Source: an uncultured Pseudoxanthomonas sp. (GTDB lineage: Bacteria; Pseudomonadota; Gammaproteobacteria; Xanthomonadales; Xanthomonadaceae). Taken from it: a DNA stretch of 64,000 nt. The notes beneath the pieces are model-generated. The model worked only from the letters and a program-made list of their open reading frames with translations, did no database searches and was not told the origin of the DNA. The position numbers were made by a program, and so were the translations under genes. Of this stretch, positions 58,052 through 64,000 are shown in pieces (the first letter of the stretch is position 1; each line of letters opens with the position of its first letter). The DNA is taken from assembly GCA_965653375.1 (NCBI GenBank), contig CBFGZY010000007.1, positions 2,614 to 66,613 of the forward strand, given 5' to 3'.

Positions 58052-59875
58052 TCATCGTCCTCGCAGGAACCAGCGGTCAATTTCGGCAACGGAAAAATGC
58101 GCCCAGGTTGGTCGGCCGTGATTGCATTGGCCGGAACGCTCGGTGATTTCCATTTCGCGCAGCAGCGCATTCATCTCGGGAATGGTCAGGCGGCGGTTCG
58201 CACGTACCGCGCCATGGCAAGCCATCGTCGACAATAGCTCATCGCGTGCGGCCGCAACCCGCAGACTTTCGCCATGCTCGCGCAGATCGGTCAGTACGTC
58301 GCGCAGCAGTGCTTCCGGATCGGCCTGTGCCAGCAACGCGGGCACGCTGCGTACGCTCAGCGACTGCGGGCCGCTGCGGGTGACGTCGAAACCGAGCGCC
58401 GCCAGCGTTTCGGCTTCGCGTTCGGCGGCGTCCGCCTCGCGTTCGGCAACAGCCATATTCAGCGGCACCAGCAGGGGCTGCGAGCGCAGGCCAATACCGT
58501 CGTGCGCCGACTTGAGCTTTTCGTAGCCGATGCGTTCGTGGGCCGCATGCATGTCCACCACGATCAAGCCATCGGCATTCTCGGCCAGGATGTAGATCCC
58601 GTGCAGTTGCGCGATAGCGAAGCCCAATGGTGGGACGCCGTCCGTATCCGTCGCCGGCATGACGACTGGCTGCATGTTCGCGCTATACGGCGACACACCG
58701 GCTGCCACCCCCATCGAACTATCCGGTGAAGAGGATGGCGTGGCGTACAACGCGGCATAAGCGGCGGGCGCTTCGGCCACTCGCAATCCCAGCGGCGACT
58801 GCTGCGTGGGCATCCAGGATGATGGCGGCGCGTAGCCGGCGGCGGCCGGCGATACCGCCGAGGCAACCACAGGCGTCGCACCTGCGCGTGTTTCCGCCAG
58901 TGCGTCGTGCAAGGTGCGGTAGACGAAATCGTGGACCAGGCGGCTATCGCGGAAGCGGACCTCATGCTTGGCCGGGTGCACGTTGACGTCGACGCGAGTC
59001 GGGTCGATTTCCAGGAACAGCACGTACGCCGGCTGGCGGCCATGAAACAACACGTCCTGATACGCCATCTTCACTGCGTGCGCGATGTTGCGGTCGCGCA
59101 CCGAACGGCCATTCACATACAGGTACTGCTGATCCGCGCTGGCACGCGAATAGCTGGGCTGCGCGATCCAGCCAAACAGCCGCAGACCGGCGCCACTGTG
59201 GCCGACCCGCAACGCCTGGCGGGCGAAGTCTTCGCCCAGTGTCTCGTTCAGGCGCGCCACCGATTCCAGTTCGTCCGGCTTGTAGCGCCGCGACGGCTTG
59301 CCGTTATGGGAGACGCGCAGTTCGATGTCAGGACGCGCCAGCGCCAGAGACCGCAGCCATTCTTCGATATGGCCCAGCTCGGTGCGTTCGGCGCGCAGGA
59401 ACTTACGGCGCGCCGGTACGTTGTAGAACAGTTCGCGCACTTCCACGGTGGTGCCGATCGCGTGCGGCTTGGGTACGACTTCGCCTACTTTGCCGCCTTC
59501 CACTTGCAGGGCGGCGCCATGCTCATCGTTGGCGCGGCGCGAGGACAGCAGGAAACGGCTGACCGAGGCAATGGAAGGCAGCGCTTCACCGCGGAAACCC
59601 AGCGTGGCGACCGATTCAAGGTCGTCCAGCGAAGCGATCTTGCTGGTGGCGTGGCGCGATACGGCCAGCGGCAATTCTTCCGGCGCAATACCGCCACCGT
59701 CGTCGCGAATGCGGATCAGCCGCACGCCGCCCTCTTCCAGATCGATATCGATACGTCGGGCACCGGCGTCCAGCGCGTTCTCCACCAATTCCTTGACGAC
59801 GGACGCGGGCCGCTCGACAACCTCGCCTGCGGCGATCTGATTGATCAGGGTATCGGGAAGCTGGCGGATGCTCAT
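58052..59875 (-). CDS. mutL: DNA mismatch repair endonuclease MutL
   Basis: [61 protein letters not shown]. Confidence 0.99.
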   Translation of the reverse strand: MSIRQLPDTLINQIAAGEVVERPASVVKELVENALDAGARRIDIDLEEGGVRLIRIRDDGGGIAPEELPLAVSRHATSKIASLDDLESVATLGFRGEALPSIASVSRFLLSSRRANDEHGAALQVEGGKVGEVVPKPHAIGTTVEVRELFYNVPARRKFLRAERTELGHIEEWLRSLALARPDIELRVSHNGKPSRRYKPDELESVARLNETLGEDFARQALRVGHSGAGLRLFGWIAQPSYSRASADQQYLYVNGRSVRDRNIAHAVKMAYQDVLFHGRQPAYVLFLEIDPTRVDVNVHPAKHEVRFRDSRLVHDFVYRTLHDALAETRAGATPVVASAVSPAAAGYAPPSSWMPTQQSPLGLRVAEAPAAYAALYATPSSSPDSSMGVAAGVSPYSANMQPVVMPATDTDGVPPLGFAIAQLHGIYILAENADGLIVVDMHAAHERIGYEKLKSAHDGIGLRSQPLLVPLNMAVAEREADAAEREAETLAALGFDVTRSGPQSLSVRSVPALLAQADPEALLRDVLTDLREHGESLRVAAARDELLSTMACHGAVRANRRLTIPEMNALLREMEITERSGQCNHGRPTWAHFSVAEIDRWFLRGR

Positions 59876-60058
59876 ATGGATGCCTCGTCTTGAGCACCTG
59901 TTGAGCGCGCAGCATTGCGCAGCGAGTGCACAGGCGTGCCTGTGCCAACGGTGATTGCGAACAGGGAAATTGCGGACAGTGGGCGGATCGGCACGTTCTG
60001 GCGGCGCGGTGGTGCCGTCGTCGGGAATCAGCCGTGATGATAGCCGAGGGCGCTGTCT

Positions 60059-60220
60059 AGTATGGTGCCCCGCAAATAGCTTGCCTGTCTGACGCCGTGG
60101 ATTGGCCCCCGAGCCAAGGCGCGAGGAGGAGGCATAGCGGGACTACGTTGACGACGAGCAACGCAGGATCGGGGGACAAGACCAAGTCAGACAGGTAAGT
60201 TATTTGTGGGACACCGTACT
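60059..60220. mobile_element. 162-bp MITE-like element with 35-bp terminal inverted repeats
   Basis: 60059-60093 versus 60186-60220 match at 30/35 positions; inner CCCCCGA/TCGGGGG pair; AAGGCG...CAACGCAG core; no ORF. Confidence 0.75.
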
Positions 60221-61857
60221 CAGGGCGCGCCCGCGGCACCGCCCGTCGCGACCCTGCGCGACTGCGCTTCTGCTTCCGCCTGCGCACGGGCGGCGAACAG
60301 CGTGCCCGGCGGCGGTTGCCGGGTGAAATAGGTATTGACGCCATCCAGCACGGCGCTGGCCACCTTGCGCTGATAAGCCGGATCCTTCAGGCGGCGCTCT
60401 TCTTCGGCGTTGGAGATGAACGCGGTTTCCACCAGCATGGCCGGTATGTCGGAGGTCCGCAGCACGGCGAAATTGGCGCGCTCGATGTGCGGCTTGTGGT
60501 TGTTGCCCACGCGCTTGAGACCTTCCAGCACATGATGAGCAGCATCTTCGGACGCTTTCATGTGGCCGCTTTGGGCCAAGTCCAGCAGCACCGACGACAA
60601 GGTGTTGTCGACCTTCTGCAAGGGCACACCGCCGATCAGATCGGAGGCATTTTCCTTGTCTGCCAGCCAGCGGGCGCGCTGCGAAGACGCGCCTTTCAGC
60701 GACAGCACGTACACCGACGACCCACGCGCGCTACGATTTTCCGCGGCGTCGGCGTGGATGGAAACGAACATGTCGGCACCCGCCGCGCGTGCCTTGCGGG
60801 CACGTTGCGGCAATGGGATGAAAACATCGTTGTCGCGGGTCAGATAAGCCTTCATTCCCGCCGTTGCGTTGATCTGGCGCGCCAATTCGCGTGCGATCGC
60901 CAGTACGACGTTCTTTTCGTAAGTGCCACCGGGGCCTACCGCGCCGGAATCCTGGCCGCCATGGCCAGGATCGATGGCGATGACGAGCGGTCGCGTGCCG
61001 GAACGCTTGGATGGCTCCGCCGCAGGCTTGGCTGCCGCTGTAGCAGGAATGGCCTGCTCCGTAATGGCCTGCCCCGTGCCGGACGGTTGATCCGCCACGG
61101 CGGCGTTCGCCCCTATCGGCGCAGGTTTGCCGGTGGCGATGGTGTAAGCGGGTGTCGTGAACGAAACGGTGCCAGCCGATGCCGGCGGCACATTCGCTGT
61201 CGCCTGTCCGTTGAGGATGGCCTGCGGCGACGGTTGGCTGCTCGTTGCTGTCGATGATGGCGTCGGTGGCGGAGCGTTCTGGGCCAACTCCTTCACCACC
61301 TGTGCGCTAAGCGCCGCGGTAGCGCGAGCCGCTTCAGCCTGTGGATCCACAGCCGCTGGCGGGGTCGCTTGCGAAGGCCCCGGTGAGGTAGCCGGCGTTG
61401 GAGCGGCGGAGGCTACCGCAGGGCTCGACGCCGGACTGGGCGCTGGACCATCCCCGGGCCATTCGATCACCAATCGCGCACCGCTGCCGTTGGGCTCCAT
61501 GCGTGGCTTCAAAGGCACGACAGAGGAGGCCAGATCGAACACGATGCGCAAAGTGCCGGGTGCCGGTTGGCCGGTACGTACGGATTTGATGATGCCGGCG
61601 CCAGCCGGAAGCGCGAGGCCCTTCACCGCACTGGAAGCCGGCAGATCGACGACCAAGCGGTCAGGACCCGCCAGCGATAACGTCTTGTATTCGCCCTTGC
61701 CCTGCAGCTGGATTTCCGCACGGGTGCCGGTGGCGCCTTGGCTCACGCGAATGGCGTTGACCTCGCCCGCCCACGCCGGCGCAATGCCGGCTGCCGCCAG
61801 CAGGCAAGCCATCACTGCGAGCCGGAAACTACGGATTGTGGGATTCCCCATGCGCAT
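60220..61857 (-). CDS. N-acetylmuramoyl-L-alanine amidase (AMIN + Amidase_3; AmiB/AmiC-like)
   Basis: Signal peptide; AMIN domain (PDRLVVDL); IDPGHGGQDSGA, EK...L, FVSIHAD, LVETAFISN; tsaE-ami-mutL synteny. Confidence 0.95.
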   Translation of the reverse strand: MRMGNPTIRSFRLAVMACLLAAAGIAPAWAGEVNAIRVSQGATGTRAEIQLQGKGEYKTLSLAGPDRLVVDLPASSAVKGLALPAGAGIIKSVRTGQPAPGTLRIVFDLASSVVPLKPRMEPNGSGARLVIEWPGDGPAPSPASSPAVASAAPTPATSPGPSQATPPAAVDPQAEAARATAALSAQVVKELAQNAPPPTPSSTATSSQPSPQAILNGQATANVPPASAGTVSFTTPAYTIATGKPAPIGANAAVADQPSGTGQAITEQAIPATAAAKPAAEPSKRSGTRPLVIAIDPGHGGQDSGAVGPGGTYEKNVVLAIARELARQINATAGMKAYLTRDNDVFIPLPQRARKARAAGADMFVSIHADAAENRSARGSSVYVLSLKGASSQRARWLADKENASDLIGGVPLQKVDNTLSSVLLDLAQSGHMKASEDAAHHVLEGLKRVGNNHKPHIERANFAVLRTSDIPAMLVETAFISNAEEERRLKDPAYQRKVASAVLDGVNTYFTRQPPPGTLFAARAQAEAEAQSRRVATGGAAGAP

Positions 61858-61932
61858 GCGCCGGATTCAATCACCAACCGGCCGGGAATGCAAGAATTTT
61901 TCCCTTAATAATCCGTAACCTGCCGCATGTTC

Positions 61933-62415
61933 CTATGCGACAGCGACAGATGGTCCCGGCAACTGCCTGTTATCCGCCAGCTGCACCAGCCAACGATGGC
62001 CCTCTTCCGACGCAGCAGTCAGCACCGCCGAGCGCCCAAGACCCTCCACCGCCAGCTCGACCCGCAAATCGGCCGGCGGTATTCCGCCACTACCGCGCTC
62101 CGGCCATTCCACCAGCCATAACGTCGCCACCGCATCGTCCAACCCCAGGAACTCCAGCTCGCCGGCGTCGCCAATGCGGTACAGATCCAGATGCCAGGCC
62201 TCGCCTTGCTCCAGCGGATAGCGTTCCACCAAGGTATACGTGGGGCTGCGGATGGCGCCTTTTACGCCCAGTGCCCGCAACATGGCGCGCGCCAAAGTGG
62301 ACTTGCCGGCACCCAGGTCGCCCTGCAGATGCACTACGGCCAGCGCGGGCCGTGTCGCCGCAAGCGCACGTCCCAGCGCTTCCGTTGCTTCGCTGTCAGA
62401 AAGAAGAATCCGCAT
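61933..62415 (-). CDS. tsaE: tRNA threonylcarbamoyladenosine biosynthesis ATPase
   Basis: GDLGAGKST, SPTYTLVE.Y, HLDLYR, VEWPE. Confidence 0.97.
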   Translation of the reverse strand: MRILLSDSEATEALGRALAATRPALAVVHLQGDLGAGKSTLARAMLRALGVKGAIRSPTYTLVERYPLEQGEAWHLDLYRIGDAGELEFLGLDDAVATLWLVEWPERGSGGIPPADLRVELAVEGLGRSAVLTAASEEGHRWLVQLADNRQLPGPSVAVA

Positions 62416-62424
62416 GCCGCGATT

Positions 62425-62557
62425 CTAGAGCTTGTTTACGCTTCGTCGCGAGCGAAGGCTGGCGGCCGTAGCGGTGTGGAGCGTAGTTGTGATGCGCGGG
62501 CATGGCGAGCACGCGCGCCCGCATGTTCGGGGGCAGGATCGTGGGCGCGCTTCTTAG
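62425..62557. repeat. Degenerate inverted-repeat element between nnr and tsaE
   Basis: The ends CTAGAGCTTGTTTACG and CGTGGGCGCGCTTCTTAG pair mostly through G-T; internal GCGGGC/GCCCGC hairpin. Confidence 0.45.
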
Positions 62558-64000
62558 GGGTTCGCCAACCTCCGCAGATGCGGCATGAGATCGGAAGGTA
62601 GCAAGCCGCGCTGGCCATCCCAAGCCGCGGCATCGCCAGCCATCGAATGCAGCAAGGCACCTGCGCTGGCCGCGTCGAACGCATTCAGGCCTTGCCCGCG
62701 CAACGCGGCAGTCACGCCAGTCAGCACATCGCCCATGCCACCCACTGCCATGCCTGGATTGCCGGCATCGATCACACGCGGTACATGGCCTGGCGCCGTC
62801 ACGACCGTGCCCGCGCCTTTCAACACCACGGCGGCACCGTAACGATCCGCGATCGCCTGCGCAGCAGCAAAACGATCGCCTTGCACGGCCGCGGTATCGG
62901 TATCGAGCAAACGTGCGGCTTCGCCCGGATGCGGCGTCAGTACGGCGTCGAGCAACGGCCGCGGTGCAGCTGCCAGCAGATTCAAGCCATCGGCATCGAT
63001 CACCAGCGGCTTGCTCGCCTCCATCGCCAAGCGAAACATCGCGCGCGACCATTCGCCCTGCCCCAATCCCGGCCCCAGCGCGATGCAGTCGGCGCGGTCC
63101 AACAACGGCTGCAGATCCTGATCGGATTCCACCGCCCGCACCATCGCTTCCGGTCGGCGGGCGAGCATCGCAGTGACGTGCGCTTCCCGCGTCGCCACGC
63201 TCAACAATCCCGTACCGCTGCGCAAAGCCGCTTCCGCACAAAGAATGACGGCGCCGCCGCTGCCGTGATCACCGCCGATGCAGAGCACGCGCCCGGACTC
63301 GCCTTTGTGGGTATTGCGCCGACGCGGCAACAGCCACAACGCCAACGCATCGGCGCTCAGCAAACTTGCGAAAGCCTCTGCGCTATCGAAGCTGGAAGCA
63401 GGCACTTCCAGCGTATCCAGATCCAATGCGCCGACGTATTCCAAGGCATCGCCGGTATACAGACCCGCGTGCCGCACGATGAACTGCAATGTGCGATTCG
63501 CCGTCACCGCAGCACCCGGTGCCGCACCGGTATCCGCATCGATACCGCTGGGAAGGTCCAGCGAAAAAACCGGCACCGCCTGTGTATTGATCGCATTGAT
63601 CAACCTTGACGATTCGGTGTCCGGCGCCCGCGCGAAACCGATACCGAATAGCGCGTCGACTACTATGTCGGCCTGCGCCAATTCCGCGGTGAACAGCTCC
63701 ACTTGCCCGCCCGCCGCGATGTAATCGGTACAAGCACGCTGAGCCAGCTCGCTGCGCGGCAGATGCGAAGGCAAATGCACTACCTGCACCACGCGACCCG
63801 AACGTCGCGCCAACTGCGCAAGCACATAGCCGTCACCACCGTTGTTGCCTGGCCCACAGACCACCACGATGCGTTGCGCTTGCGGCCAATGCAGCAACAG
63901 ATATCGCCAAGCCGCCAATCCGGCGCGCTGCATCAAAATGTAGCCGTCGCCTCCCAGCTGTTCCGTGGCGTGCGCATCCAACTGGCGGGCAGTCGAAGTG
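62554..64000 (-). CDS. nnr: Bifunctional NAD(P)H-hydrate epimerase/dehydratase (5' end outside the window)
   Basis: CGPGNNGGDG, DALFG.G, DLPSG, HKG..G, GPGLG, DADGL, TPHPGEA.RL, G.GDVL.G; the frame stays open to the window edge. Confidence 0.96.
   Translation of the reverse strand, partial: TSTARQLDAHATEQLGGDGYILMQRAGLAAWRYLLLHWPQAQRIVVVCGPGNNGGDGYVLAQLARRSGRVVQVVHLPSHLPRSELAQRACTDYIAAGGQVELFTAELAQADIVVDALFGIGFARAPDTESSRLINAINTQAVPVFSLDLPSGIDADTGAAPGAAVTANRTLQFIVRHAGLYTGDALEYVGALDLDTLEVPASSFDSAEAFASLLSADALALWLLPRRRNTHKGESGRVLCIGGDHGSGGAVILCAEAALRSGTGLLSVATREAHVTAMLARRPEAMVRAVESDQDLQPLLDRADCIALGPGLGQGEWSRAMFRLAMEASKPLVIDADGLNLLAAAPRPLLDAVLTPHPGEAARLLDTDTAAVQGDRFAAAQAIADRYGAAVVLKGAGTVVTAPGHVPRVIDAGNPGMAVGGMGDVLTGVTAALRGQGLNAFDAASAGALLHSMAGDAAAWDGQRGLLPSDLMPHLRRLANP

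Overview
GC-rich gammaproteobacterial chromosome segment. Gene order and repeat content point to Lysobacteraceae/Xanthomonadaceae (inference). Most of it is core genome: nuoA-M (Complex I, minus strand, nuoM cut by the window edge), tRNA-Leu(GAG)-secG-tpiA, an IPNS-like 2OG-Fe(II) oxygenase, glmM-accD-trpAB/trpI/trpF-truA-fimV-asd, aroC-prmB, SCO-psd, a lytic transglycosylase, a DUF853 ATPase and greB. It continues with a 5-oxoproline cluster (pxpBC, a 57-aa membrane ORF missing from the ORF track, pxpA, DUF969/DUF979, pcp), dcd-apbC, metG, an rnfB-like gene and the nnr-tsaE-amidase-mutL operon. The accessory block at 43.3-53.3 kb is the most interesting part: two tandem paralogous TonB-dependent receptors, a secreted S9 peptidase, a Sel1-like protein and DUF2147. 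Each receptor is preceded by its own copy of a ~215-bp upstream cassette. The two copies keep spaced operator-like boxes across diverged spacers, and a covarying RNA hairpin with GGA in its loop. Intergenic regions hold several non-autonomous palindromic families (GTAG-REPs, a 162-bp MITE-like element) and heptamer arrays, three of which match the G-quadruplex pattern. I saw no transposase, integrase, CRISPR array or defence system. All product calls come from motif recognition by eye; no database search was run.
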